64,000 nucleotides of DNA from an uncultured Tateyamaria sp. Lineage in GTDB: Bacteria; Pseudomonadota; Alphaproteobacteria; Rhodobacterales; Rhodobacteraceae. A model generated the notes under the pieces. It was not told the origin of the DNA. It saw only the letters and a list, made by a program, of their open reading frames with translations, and searched no databases. The stretch covers positions 3,470 to 67,469 of the forward strand of contig NZ_CANMEU010000015.1 in the NCBI RefSeq assembly GCF_947497045.1, in the 5' to 3' direction. Shown piece after piece: positions 49,318 through 58,844 of this stretch; position 1 is the first letter of the stretch, and each line of letters opens with the position of its first letter. A program made the translations under genes and the position numbers.

Positions 49318-50657
49318 TGCTGGGTGTTGCGGTCGGTTTGCACCCTCAACATAGCGCGCGGCGTGCTGTTGCTTTTCCTGCGGGGTTTGGCTGGGATCAG
49401 GGCCGCTTTGGCTTTGGCATTGCGGAGGTGGGTGGCCGGTTCGAGACGGATCTGGACCCGCGTGCGCTTGTCGATCCGGCGATCTGGACGGCCCCCGCCT
49501 TTCATGTCGACACGGGCGGCAGTGATGCCAACAGCGGGTTGGGTGCACAGGACGGTGATTTTTCCGATGCCAAGCGCACGATCTATGCCGCCTTTGTTGC
49601 GGGCAATGCGACCGGTGCGCCCTATCGTGTGTTGGTGAACGCTGGCCAATACAAGGAAAGTGAATTCACCCGCAACGGCAACGATGAGCCGGATCAGCCG
49701 GTTGCGCTGATTGCCTGGGGTGGTCGTGTGCAGTACCGCACCGGCCCGTTCACCGTGAACTGGAGCGATGCGGGCGGCACCTACTCCGCCTCGGCCAGTG
49801 CGGTCAAGCGCGTGTTTCGCACCGATGTGCTGACGCCTGAGGGCTTGTATTCCGAGCTGGAGCAGGTCGCAGATGTTGCTGTCTGTGCTGCGACGCCGGG
49901 GAGTTGGGTCCTTGATGGGTCTGTGGTTCATGTGAATGTGGGCGGTGTGCCGGGCCCTTCTGATATTGCGCTGATGCGTGGGTTTCATGGTGCGCGGTTC
50001 ATGCAGCATGTCGATGATTTCTATATCGAGGGGTTTGATCTTGAGGGCGGGATCACCGGCACGTTGCATTTCGACAAGCTGTCGGTGCGCAACATTGTGG
50101 GTGTCGATTGCACCTTTCGGTATTCGGCACCGTACAATCTGGGCGCGCCTTTGGATGCAGTGCGTGTGCGCCGGGTTGATGGGCTGTGTGCTTTTTTCCG
50201 CTGTGATGCGAGCTTTGGCGCCAAGGATGGCTGGTCTTTCCATGATGATGGCGCTGCGGGCATGCATGTGCTGTTGCAGGATTGCTCGGGGTGGCGCAAT
50301 GGCGCGTTGGGCGCGACGTCGGTCAATGCGTTTACTGTCCATGATGCGGTGCGTGCGATTGGGCTGAACGGTCGGTTTGGGTTGTCGCGCAATGGGTCCG
50401 AACTGCATTCGATCCAGGATGCGCAGTGGTGGCTGGCTGGCACGCGGGTTGTGGCGCGGGATGTGGATGGGTCTTCGGTGGCGTATCAATGTTCGAACGC
50501 GTCGCAGATGTGGCTTGAGCGTTGCGTGGCGGATGCGGCGGGTGGGGCCGACAATTTCGCGATCGAGGCGAATGGTGGAACTGTCTCTATCCGGCGTTTT
50601 GAGCCTGTATCAGGGTCTATTGAGGTCTATTCGGGTGGGTCTGTGACTCCGTTCTGA
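49317..50657 (+). CDS. Putative spike fibre / right-handed beta-helix protein
   Basis: TGATG coupling to the upstream gene. G/N/D/V-rich repetitive beta-strand-like segments. Position is equivalent to rcc01080/GhsB. Confidence 0.4.
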   Translation: MLGVAVGLHPQHSARRAVAFPAGFGWDQGRFGFGIAEVGGRFETDLDPRALVDPAIWTAPAFHVDTGGSDANSGLGAQDGDFSDAKRTIYAAFVAGNATGAPYRVLVNAGQYKESEFTRNGNDEPDQPVALIAWGGRVQYRTGPFTVNWSDAGGTYSASASAVKRVFRTDVLTPEGLYSELEQVADVAVCAATPGSWVLDGSVVHVNVGGVPGPSDIALMRGFHGARFMQHVDDFYIEGFDLEGGITGTLHFDKLSVRNIVGVDCTFRYSAPYNLGAPLDAVRVRRVDGLCAFFRCDASFGAKDGWSFHDDGAAGMHVLLQDCSGWRNGALGATSVNAFTVHDAVRAIGLNGRFGLSRNGSELHSIQDAQWWLAGTRVVARDVDGSSVAYQCSNASQMWLERCVADAAGGADNFAIEANGGTVSIRRFEPVSGSIEVYSGGSVTPF

Positions 50658-50679
50658 GCTGCGGGGTATGTGTGGCTGG

Positions 50680-52050
50680 TCAGGCAGCGTTCCGGGGTGT
50701 CCGGGGCGCTGTTTGTGTTGTTGTGTCAGTTATATTGACCTTTCTGCGTCCGGCGTACAGTGCCGCTGCGTAGAATGCTGTTCCGAGCAGGACCTGAGTG
50801 GCGAGGTTGAGTGCGGGTATCAGTAGCAGTCCGCCTGCCATGAGTGCCCCTGCGATGAGGGGTGCCATGATGGGGGAGAGGTCGTGGCGTGTTAGCTTTA
50901 GCGGTTTCAGGCTGTGTGGCAGGAACCAAAGGCTGGTGATCAGGGCCGCCATGCTGAGGCTGGCCGCACTGAGTGTCGGATTGCACAGCAGTGTTGGTGC
51001 GACCAGTATGACGGCGAGCATTGATCCGAGGGTCGCGTGTCTTAGCACAAGTTGTGTGTGTCCGGTCGCCGTGAGGGCTTGGAGAAGCGGCATCCAGAGC
51101 GCGGTGAACAGCCCGGTCAGTGCGAGTGCCCGCAGGATGGGGCTGACCGTGTTGGCGTGTTCTGTGCCTACCACCAGTGCGAGGATGTTTGGGGCGGCTG
51201 CCACTGTGCCCCCCCAGATCCATGCTGCCAGCGTTGCATTAAGTCGTAAGTGTCGCTGCAGGGAGGTGCGCAGATCGGTTGCCGCGCGCAATTGGGGCAA
51301 GGCGATAAAGCGCAGGGGGGACAGTGTAAGTGCCTCGATCAGGCTGAGCATCCGTGTGGCGATTTGGAAGGCCCCTGCGGCGGTCATTCCCAGGGTCAGT
51401 CCGATCGCGAGTTGCGCGAGCGGGAATTGCGCATTTGTCAGCAGGTCTCGGGTTGTGATCTGGGTGATCAATGGCCTTATTAGGCTCTGATATCGCCAGT
51501 TGGGCACGGATTTGGGGTAGTACCCTGCCAAACAGATCGAGAGGCCACAGGACAGCCCCGTGTTGAGCAGCGCAAATGTGGCGAGCGCCCATGGTCCGAT
51601 GCCGCTGACCAGCATCCAGAGGGTGATGGCAGCGGCAAATGTCTGGACAGCCATCGTGCGCAGGGCCAGTGCGCGCAGGGCGAGGCGGCGGCGCAGGAGC
51701 CCTTCGGAGACGGCGGCGAGGCCGTTGAGCGTCGGGATTGCTGCCAGAGTGGTCAGCAGGGGTGTTTGCGTGGCGATGCCGACGCTGGCCAGCAGTACCG
51801 ACAGCAGCAGCCCTGTTCCCGTGGACATCGCAAAGAGCGCGTCGCAGCGGCGTCGGGATTTGCCGGTTATGATGACCGCTTCGCCGATGCCCGCCTTGTG
51901 CAGACCTTGGGTCAGCCGCACGGGTGCGATGGCGGTGGCGAAAAGCCCGATCTCGGCCAGGGTCAGGAACCGCGTGGCGACCAGAAACACCGCAGCGGCG
52001 ATGCCGACCCGCGCCCATTGCAATGCGAAGGACCAAAGGCGCATTGTCAT
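50680..52050 (-). CDS. Wzx-type polysaccharide flippase (MOP superfamily)
   Basis: The start was moved to MTMRLWSFALQWARVG (ATGA overlap with the acyltransferase stop). It has at least 10 hydrophobic segments. Confidence 0.7.
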   Translation of the reverse strand: MTMRLWSFALQWARVGIAAAVFLVATRFLTLAEIGLFATAIAPVRLTQGLHKAGIGEAVIITGKSRRRCDALFAMSTGTGLLLSVLLASVGIATQTPLLTTLAAIPTLNGLAAVSEGLLRRRLALRALALRTMAVQTFAAAITLWMLVSGIGPWALATFALLNTGLSCGLSICLAGYYPKSVPNWRYQSLIRPLITQITTRDLLTNAQFPLAQLAIGLTLGMTAAGAFQIATRMLSLIEALTLSPLRFIALPQLRAATDLRTSLQRHLRLNATLAAWIWGGTVAAAPNILALVVGTEHANTVSPILRALALTGLFTALWMPLLQALTATGHTQLVLRHATLGSMLAVILVAPTLLCNPTLSAASLSMAALITSLWFLPHSLKPLKLTRHDLSPIMAPLIAGALMAGGLLLIPALNLATQVLLGTAFYAAALYAGRRKVNITDTTTQTAPRTPRNAA

Positions 52051-53063
52051 GCGGGCAGGGCTTTGGGCTTGGGTGCGAGGGTGCGCATCATTGGCCGTTC
52101 GATCAACAGATGCGTCAGCAGCCCGACGGCAAGCGCGAGGGCGCAGACGCTGATCACATAGATTGCCGCCCCAAAGGGCGAGGCGGGCAGCAGTGGTAAC
52201 AGCAAGATCGTTGCGGCCCGCAAGGCAAAGCGGTGCGACAGATAGAGCGCATAGGACGCATCCCCCCAGATCTGGCCGGGCAGGTTGCGTTGTGGGCACA
52301 GCAGCGTGCCGCTGGCGACGATCAGTGCGGCGGGCACGCCAGCGGCGATGAACCGGGGCAGGGGGGTCGGATCAAGCACGATCAGCAGGCCCAACCCGAT
52401 GCCCACGAGTGCCGCCGCCCCGCCCCAATGCGGCCACCGCCAGCCGCGTTGCCAGAGCTGTGCAAGGCCGATGCCTATGAGGAACTCAAGGATGATCGGA
52501 TCGCTCCAGAATACCAAGGGCGCGCTGGTCCATGGGATGAAAGCCCCGAGGGTCGCGATGCTGCATATCAGTGCCGTCAGCGCCAGAAACGGGCGTGGCA
52601 GGGCGAGGCAGAGGGCGGCGAGCGCGTAGAAGAAGATTTCGTAATTCAGCGTCCAGCCGAGGGACAGGACAGGCGCAATCCGCCCGTCGCCGCGTTCGTA
52701 GGGGATGAAGCTGTAGGAGCTGAGGATTTGGGCGGGGTCCAATGTGGTGTCCTTGGCCCCGCCGGGCAGTGCGATCAGCACCGCCACCATCAGCGTTGTG
52801 AACAGGAAATAGAGCGGCACCACCCGCACCAGCCTGCGCCACAGGAACGGGCCGGGCTGGCCCATCAACCGATTGGCTGACAGCGTGATCACGAAGCCCG
52901 AAATCACGAAGAAGATGTCGACCCCGCGTGTCCATGGTACCGCGTCGCCGGGCAGGGGCAGGCCAAAATAGTGTTCGGCCTCGGCCAGCACATGCCCGAT
53001 CAAGACCATGAGGGCGGCAAGCGCGCGCAGGACTTGCAAACCGGGGAGGCGCCGCGGGGTCAT
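52047..53063 (-). CDS. Acyltransferase family 3 (O-acetyltransferase)
   Basis: LPGLQVLRALAALMVLIGH plus a polytopic membrane topology. Confidence 0.85.
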   Translation of the reverse strand: MTPRRLPGLQVLRALAALMVLIGHVLAEAEHYFGLPLPGDAVPWTRGVDIFFVISGFVITLSANRLMGQPGPFLWRRLVRVVPLYFLFTTLMVAVLIALPGGAKDTTLDPAQILSSYSFIPYERGDGRIAPVLSLGWTLNYEIFFYALAALCLALPRPFLALTALICSIATLGAFIPWTSAPLVFWSDPIILEFLIGIGLAQLWQRGWRWPHWGGAAALVGIGLGLLIVLDPTPLPRFIAAGVPAALIVASGTLLCPQRNLPGQIWGDASYALYLSHRFALRAATILLLPLLPASPFGAAIYVISVCALALAVGLLTHLLIERPMMRTLAPKPKALPA

Positions 53064-54352
53064 GTGCGCACCTGTGATGAGAGCGCGTGCCTGCGTCGCC
53101 GACTGCGGAAGGTGATGCGCGGGGCAGGGCGCGCCGCTTCTCCGCTTGGTCGTTTCCTGGACAGGAAGATGACCCCGCCCATCAGCGCCACGGAAAAATA
53201 GAAGTTCTGATGCGTGAAATAGAGCGAATGGCTGGAAAACAGCAGCGCTGCCCCGATCTGTGCATAGACCACGGCCCAGCCAAGTGATGTGTGCGCCCGC
53301 ATGAAAATCTGCCGAAACACAAAGGCGCAGATCGCGATGAAAATCGCGCCGCCGATGGGGCCATAATCCACATAACCGGCCGTGAAAAATGGGAACTCAC
53401 CGCCCCCGAGGACCCCGTCCAGCGTTCGCATCTTGCTGGCGAGCAGGGTTTGGAAATAGCCGTCACTGAAGGTCATAAACATCAGCCCCTCAAGCGTGAC
53501 CCCGCCATATGTGTGCGGGATCGGGATCGACAGGGGCGCAAAGCCGTTGAACATGTCGTTGACCAGATAGAAGGCCAGTTTTTGCGTCGCGATATCGAGC
53601 GCCGGACGTTGGATGATCGGGTTTGTGATCGCCTCGCGCGCGGTCCACAGCGCCAGAAACAGCAGGATACCGCACCCCACCCAATGCAGCGCGATCACCC
53701 GTTGTTTGACGATGCAGGCGACGATGTAGCTGCTGAGCACCAGTTGCAGCAAAAGCAGTCGCTGGCTCATCACGATGGGCAGGATGAACAGGGCTGCGGT
53801 GTTCACGGCCAGCACGCTCCACATCATCAGGCAGGCCTGGCGGGGCAGGGTGTGTGTGGCCAGAAGTGCCGCGGCAAGGCAGGCGGTGGCTGGCAGTGCG
53901 GCATAGAACAGCCGCATGCCGGTGAAGAGTTTGTTCTGAAGCAGGATATCGCGGGTTGTGAGGCTGTCGGCATAGGCCGCCCTTGCCAGTTCGATCAGCC
54001 CCCCCGCATTGGCCGCTGCCCCAAAGATCCACAGTGCTGTCACCCCAAGCAGGACCAGATTGGCGAGCCCCGTCAGGATCGCCATGCGTTTGAGATCAAA
54101 GGCAGCGGGCTGCGCCCGTGTTGGCTGTCGGATCATCCGTGCGCAGAGGTCCCCGACCAGATAGATGACCAGCCCGAGCAGCGTCCATGACAGCCCCGCC
54201 CATCCGAAAGCCGACAGGTGCAGCCCTTCGCGGATGATGAACGCCTGCACCAGATCAAGTTGGTCCAGTTGCGCCAGCGTCCACCCCGCGCCAATGCCCG
54301 TGAGCCCCCAGCACAAGAATACCAGCGCAAGAGGGGAGAGCGCATGCCGCAT
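53060..54352 (-). CDS. Wzy/O-antigen-polymerase-like membrane protein
   Basis: Polytopic 430-aa membrane protein, ATGA-coupled inside the polysaccharide operon. No specific motif was recognised. Confidence 0.5.
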   Translation of the reverse strand: MRHALSPLALVFLCWGLTGIGAGWTLAQLDQLDLVQAFIIREGLHLSAFGWAGLSWTLLGLVIYLVGDLCARMIRQPTRAQPAAFDLKRMAILTGLANLVLLGVTALWIFGAAANAGGLIELARAAYADSLTTRDILLQNKLFTGMRLFYAALPATACLAAALLATHTLPRQACLMMWSVLAVNTAALFILPIVMSQRLLLLQLVLSSYIVACIVKQRVIALHWVGCGILLFLALWTAREAITNPIIQRPALDIATQKLAFYLVNDMFNGFAPLSIPIPHTYGGVTLEGLMFMTFSDGYFQTLLASKMRTLDGVLGGGEFPFFTAGYVDYGPIGGAIFIAICAFVFRQIFMRAHTSLGWAVVYAQIGAALLFSSHSLYFTHQNFYFSVALMGGVIFLSRKRPSGEAARPAPRITFRSRRRRHALSSQVRT

Positions 54353-54355
54353 GGC

Positions 54356-55075
54356 TTAGGCCGCCTGCGCGAGAAACTGGCTTTGAAAGATGGCGATGTC
54401 GGGCGCGCACAGGGCCTCGATCTGCGCGCGCAACTCGGGTGGTACTGTCAGGGGGACGGGGGCCGCATTGCGGTGCCAGCGGATCAGGGGTGTGTGTGTC
54501 AGTCGCCGCAGATCGCGGGCAAAGGCGTCTGGTGCCCCAAGGTCGCCCACGATGTCAAAGCGCCCCAGATTGCGGATTGCCTGCCGGATCAGGGCCCCTG
54601 TGTTCTGGCCGGGTCGTTGCCACTGTCCGGCGAAATAGAACAGGTATTGCGATGCGATCCGCTGCGCCTCGTGGCTGTCGAGAAACCCGCGCAGGGTGGT
54701 GGCGCGGGCGGGATCGGGGTGTTTGCGTTGCAGGTAGTGGTAATGCGAGACGAACCGCAGGGCTGGGTCGCGCAGTAAGGTCACAAAGCGGTACTGCGCT
54801 GCGGGTCCATCGTGGAAATCGGGATCATATTGGACATGCCCCGCGATCATCCGTTTGCCGCTGGCCACAAGCGTATGAAGTGCGCGCTGCCGCGCCGCAT
54901 AGTCGCTGAGTATCCGCGCCTCGCCCGTCAGGGTCGTATCTCCCTGATCCAGCCCGATCGTGGATTGTGATGCGAAATAGCGCAGCCGAAGGGCCGCCCC
55001 AAAGCTCGACCCGCCGCATTTGGGCACGTGAATGTAGATGATGCGACCCATGCGCGCTCCCACCTGATTAACCAT
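54356..55075 (-). CDS. Sulfotransferase-family protein
   Basis: PAPS 5'-phosphosulfate-binding-loop-like motif IHVPKCGGSS near the N-terminus. 239 aa. Confidence 0.7.
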   Translation of the reverse strand: MVNQVGARMGRIIYIHVPKCGGSSFGAALRLRYFASQSTIGLDQGDTTLTGEARILSDYAARQRALHTLVASGKRMIAGHVQYDPDFHDGPAAQYRFVTLLRDPALRFVSHYHYLQRKHPDPARATTLRGFLDSHEAQRIASQYLFYFAGQWQRPGQNTGALIRQAIRNLGRFDIVGDLGAPDAFARDLRRLTHTPLIRWHRNAAPVPLTVPPELRAQIEALCAPDIAIFQSQFLAQAA

Positions 55076-55197
55076 CTGTTAACACATGAGAAAAACCGTC
55101 CTTTTTCTGCACGTATTAGGATTTTGGTAAGGATCGCACGCGATGGTTAATGCGGGCTTAACAGTGATGGGGGTGATAATGCGGCCAAGGAGATCCA

Positions 55198-56346
55198 ATG
55201 CACATCGCGCATGTTCTAACCCGCCTTTTGCGTGCGGGATCCGAAGAAAACACGCTTGCCACATGTCGCTGGCAGGTCGCTGCGGGCCATCGTGTCAGCC
55301 TGATCCACGGCAATATGTGTGACCCGTTCTGGCATGATCATTTGCCCCGTGGCGTGACCCGCATCGCGGTCCCCGAGATGGTGCATCCCATCCGTCCCGT
55401 GCAGGATGCCCGCGCGGTGACCCGCCTGCGCGCGCTTTACCGCGATCTGCGCCCCGATGTTATCCACACCCACCAAAGCAAGGCTGGTGTTCTGGGCCGG
55501 TTGGCGGCGGATGCGGTGCCGGATGCGGTTGTCGCGCACGGCATCCACATCATTCCCTTTGAGGGTGTCGGTGATCCAAAGCGCGCGCTGTATGTTGCCG
55601 CAGAGCGGATGGTGGCCCGCCGCACGGATGTCTTCATCGCCGTGTCTGAGGCCGTGGGTTGCGCCTATGTCGAGGCGGGCATAACGGGGCAGGTGCATTG
55701 TGTCCGCTCGGGCATGGATCTGGCGCGGTTCCGCGACGCGCCGCTGCCTGCGGATTGGCCCGCTGTGTTGGGCGTGGCCCCCGGCGCTGCCCGTCCGCCC
55801 GTTGCGCTGATGATGGCCGCCTTTGAGCCGCGCAAGCGTCATGTCCCGTTCTTGCGCGCCTTTGCCAGGGCGGTGGATGTTTTGCCTGACATGAAGCTGC
55901 TGTTGGCGGGGCGCGGCCCGGAAGAGGCGCGGGTCCGCGCCGAGGTGGCCGCGTTGGGTCTGGGCGACCGCGTGGTGTTTTGCGGTCACCGCCCTGATCC
56001 CGAGGCGCTGTTTGCGCTGGCGGATGTGTCCATTCTGACCTCTGAACGTGAGGGGTTGCCGCGTGTCGTGGTACAGTCCATCGCGGCGGGCTGTCCGCCT
56101 GTCGTGCAGCACCTGCCGGGCCTTGATGAGGTCGTTGTGGATGGGCGCAATGGCGTGATTGCGGCGCCGGACAATATGGACGCCACTGTGCGCGCCCTGC
56201 GCGAGGTTCTTGCATCGCCAAAGCAATTGGCGGCGTTGAGGCGGGGTGCACGCGCCACCGACCTGAGCGCATGGGCCCTGGACAGGTTGGGGGCCCGGAC
56301 CACGGCTCTTTATCAGGCCCCTGCGGCCCTGTCGGAGGTCGCATGA
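55198..56346 (+). CDS. Glycosyltransferase family 4
   Basis: GT-B fold features. C-terminal LTSEREGLPRVVVQSIAAGCP (EX7E-type region). Confidence 0.85.
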   Translation: MHIAHVLTRLLRAGSEENTLATCRWQVAAGHRVSLIHGNMCDPFWHDHLPRGVTRIAVPEMVHPIRPVQDARAVTRLRALYRDLRPDVIHTHQSKAGVLGRLAADAVPDAVVAHGIHIIPFEGVGDPKRALYVAAERMVARRTDVFIAVSEAVGCAYVEAGITGQVHCVRSGMDLARFRDAPLPADWPAVLGVAPGAARPPVALMMAAFEPRKRHVPFLRAFARAVDVLPDMKLLLAGRGPEEARVRAEVAALGLGDRVVFCGHRPDPEALFALADVSILTSEREGLPRVVVQSIAAGCPPVVQHLPGLDEVVVDGRNGVIAAPDNMDATVRALREVLASPKQLAALRRGARATDLSAWALDRLGARTTALYQAPAALSEVA

Positions 56347-57440
56347 CCGTTTACATCAATGGCCGTTTTCTGACCCAACCGGTATCGGGTGTGCAGCGCT
56401 ATGCGCGCGAAATGATGGGTGCCTTGGATGCTTGCCTTGGGGCGTCGCCGTCGATGCAGGCGCGGCTTGGCCCGGTGGAGGTGTTGGTGCCGCGTGCGGT
56501 TCCTGCGCCGGGGTGGTCCACGCTTGGGGTCCGTGTGGTGCGTGGTGGCAAGGGCCATATGTGGGAGCAGGGGGCCTTGTATCAGGCCAGCAAGGACGAT
56601 GTGCTGGTCAGTCTGGGCAACAGCGGGCCGCTGCGTCACCGCGCCCATATCCTGTGCCTGCATGATGCCAATCTGTTTGAAATCCCGCGGGCCTTTGGTC
56701 GCCGCTATCGCGTGGCGCATCGGTTGCTGCGCCCGGCCCTCGCGCAGCGCGCCGCTGCTTTGCTGACGGTGAGCCAGCATTCTGCCGGTGTCTTGTCTCA
56801 CCATCTGGGCGTGCCTGCTGATCGCTTTACGATTGTGCCCAACAGCGCCGAGCATGTCTTGCGCTGGCCCCATGCCCCCGGCGTGCTGGCCACCTATGGA
56901 CTGACTCGGGGGCGCTATCTGCTGAGTGTGGGCAATCAAAGCCCCAACAAGAACCTTGGTGCGCTGATTGCGGCCCATGAGCTCGCGGGGCCGGATGTGC
57001 CCCCGCTGGTCTTGGTCGGGGGTGATGTGCCGGGTGTGACCCATGCGGAGGCGGGGCAGGGCACGCGCGCCCTTGGTCGCGTGCCGGACAGTCATTTGCG
57101 TGCGCTTTATGAGGGTGCGGCGGCTTTCGTGTTTCCGTCCTTGCACGAAGGATTCGGGATTCCCCCGCTTGAGGCGATGCAGTTGGGTGTGCCTGTTTTA
57201 TGTGCCCGGAGTGGCGCGATGCCTGCAGTGCTGGGCAATGCGCCGCTGTGGTTTGATCCGCTGGACGTGGTCGATATGGCCCGTGCCCTGCGCACCTTTG
57301 CCCGGATGGCCCCGTCAGAGCGGGCTGCCATGCAGGTGATCGGCAAGGCGATGGCCGCGCAGTACCGATGGGATCAGAGCGCGCGGCGCCTGGCCGGGAT
57401 TGTCGTGCGCGTCAGGTTGCATGCGGCGCTGGCGGCCTAG
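56343..57440 (+). CDS. Glycosyltransferase family 4
   Basis: The start was moved to MTVYINGRFLTQPVSGVQRY (ATGA overlap). FPSLHEGFGIPPLEAMQLGVPV. Confidence 0.85.
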   Translation: MTVYINGRFLTQPVSGVQRYAREMMGALDACLGASPSMQARLGPVEVLVPRAVPAPGWSTLGVRVVRGGKGHMWEQGALYQASKDDVLVSLGNSGPLRHRAHILCLHDANLFEIPRAFGRRYRVAHRLLRPALAQRAAALLTVSQHSAGVLSHHLGVPADRFTIVPNSAEHVLRWPHAPGVLATYGLTRGRYLLSVGNQSPNKNLGALIAAHELAGPDVPPLVLVGGDVPGVTHAEAGQGTRALGRVPDSHLRALYEGAAAFVFPSLHEGFGIPPLEAMQLGVPVLCARSGAMPAVLGNAPLWFDPLDVVDMARALRTFARMAPSERAAMQVIGKAMAAQYRWDQSARRLAGIVVRVRLHAALAA

Positions 57441-57730
57441 AACCCGGTGAACAGCATGTCGAGGGCGGCTGTGATTTCGTCCTGTGCCGCGCTGAGGCTG
57501 CTGTGCCTGTCGCCGAGAATGGAGGTGGGCACCGTTGCGATGAACTGGGTTGCCATCAGCAGTTGCGTTCCATCAAGGTCGAAGATCGGGTTCAGCCTGC
57601 GGGCGGGCGTGGGGGCCTGATCAAGCGGGATCAGTGGCACCACCACGCGGGTGGTCAACACGTCGAGCAGATCGGACTGAACGTCCAGCAACAGCCCGCT
57701 GTCGCTGGCAAACACGTCAAAGCGCGCCAC
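57437..57730 (-). CDS. ccdB: CcdB-family toxin
   Basis: GTG start 1 nt into the ccdA stop (TAGTG). ARFDVFASDSGLLLDVQSDLL ... RLNPIFDLDG is the typical CcdB layout. Confidence 0.85.
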   Translation of the reverse strand: MARFDVFASDSGLLLDVQSDLLDVLTTRVVVPLIPLDQAPTPARRLNPIFDLDGTQLLMATQFIATVPTSILGDRHSSLSAAQDEITAALDMLFTGF

Positions 57731-57960
57731 TAGAAATTCCGGTATTTGGCCAGCGGCAACCCGTTGCGCGCGGCCCAATCGTTTGAGCTGCTGAGTGCGG
57801 CCGCGTTTTCCTGTTTCCAACGCGCGGCGCGGGCCTGTGCGACGGCTTGGGCAACCCCGTCCTCGGCGGCGCGGGACAGGTTGATGTCAAGGCTGCGCGC
57901 CTCTTGCAGAAGGGACGCATCAAGCGAGAGATTGGTGGGCTTGCGAACGGTGGATGGCAT
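57730..57960 (-). CDS. ccdA: CcdA-family antitoxin
   Basis: KPTNLSLDASLLQEARSLDINLSRAAEDGV ... WKQENAAALSSSNDWAARNGLPLAKYRNF. Confidence 0.85.
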   Translation of the reverse strand: MPSTVRKPTNLSLDASLLQEARSLDINLSRAAEDGVAQAVAQARAARWKQENAAALSSSNDWAARNGLPLAKYRNF

Positions 57961-57986
57961 GTGCGCTCCTCTCTTGGTAGAGGCAT

Positions 57987-58015
57987 AACATAGGGCGCAG
58001 GTTTATGCGCGTCAA
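57987..58015 (-). promoter_or_regulatory. Predicted sigma70-type promoter of ccdAB
   Basis: Minus strand reads TTGACG, a 17-nt spacer, then TATGTT. GAGAGGAG SD lies before the ATG. Confidence 0.35.
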
Positions 58016-58025
58016 ATATGCGCAT
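58002..58025. repeat. Palindromic element (copy 2); reverse complement reads ATGCGCATATTTGACGCGCATAAA
   Basis: Read directly. It overlaps the predicted ccdAB -35 box. Confidence 0.6.
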
Positions 58026-58045
58026 AGATTGTGTAGTGAGAGATT

Positions 58046-58717
58046 CTAACGCCCTGTGGGGCGCACCACCACCAAAGCGGTGCGTGCGATCAGCCCCAAG
58101 TCCTGCAACAAGCTGATCCGCTGTTCGTAGGTTTGGTCGAGGTGTAGCCGTTGCGTATAGCATCCGTTGGCGCGTGCGGTGACCTGCCACAGCCCTGTGA
58201 TCCCCGGTTTCAGGGACAGGTAGACATGGCTATGCGGCCCGTAGCGTTCAAGTTCGGGGAGGGTGACGGGGCGGGGGCCCACAAAGCTCATGTCGCCGCG
58301 CAACACGTTCCAGATTTGGGGGAGTTCATCCAGACTGGTGCGCCGTAGGAGGTGGCCCAAACGGGTAATGCGCGGATCGTTTTCCAGCTTTTGGGTGCGG
58401 TGCCATTCGGCGCGCGCAACCGGGTCGGTGTTCAGGTGATGTTCAAGCCGCGCCTCGGCGTCGGGCAGCATGGTGCGGATTTTCCAGCAGGCGAAGGTCT
58501 GGCCGTGACGGCCCACACGGGTGTGGGCGAACAACCCCGCGCTGCCGTCGCGGCGAACGAGCAGGACCAGGACCGCGATAATGGGCAGCAGGGCAGGCAG
58601 CAGGATCACGGTAAGGGTCAGATCAAGGGCGCGTTTGCCGATCCGCCGATAGAGGTGCCGCGCGCCAAGGGTGCGGATAGAGGCATGTGGATCAGACAGC
58701 AGATCAAGATGCGCCAT
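58046..58717 (-). CDS. Undecaprenyl-phosphate sugar phosphotransferase (ExoY/WbaP C-terminal-type priming enzyme)
   Basis: KRALDLTLTVILLPALLP ... KIRTM ... DPRITRLGHLLRRTSLDELPQIWNVLRGDMSFVGPRP. Confidence 0.9.
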   Translation of the reverse strand: MAHLDLLSDPHASIRTLGARHLYRRIGKRALDLTLTVILLPALLPIIAVLVLLVRRDGSAGLFAHTRVGRHGQTFACWKIRTMLPDAEARLEHHLNTDPVARAEWHRTQKLENDPRITRLGHLLRRTSLDELPQIWNVLRGDMSFVGPRPVTLPELERYGPHSHVYLSLKPGITGLWQVTARANGCYTQRLHLDQTYEQRISLLQDLGLIARTALVVVRPTGR

Positions 58718-58844
58718 AAGCAGGCTCCGTCATGTGATCCCACCCACAGTCCGGTTACGAAGCTTTAAGCATTTCCACGCTTAACAGAGGGTAAACGCGG
58801 CATCGAGAATTTGAAATAATTTGAGGTGGGTGAGGATGCCCGGC

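Noticed and set aside
54295-54305. My hand-indexed reading suggested one extra G near 54300, which would frameshift the polymerase-like gene.
   Set aside because: The ORF track shows uninterrupted ORFs on both strands across this point. This is most likely my own reading or indexing error, so I used the ORF-track coordinates.
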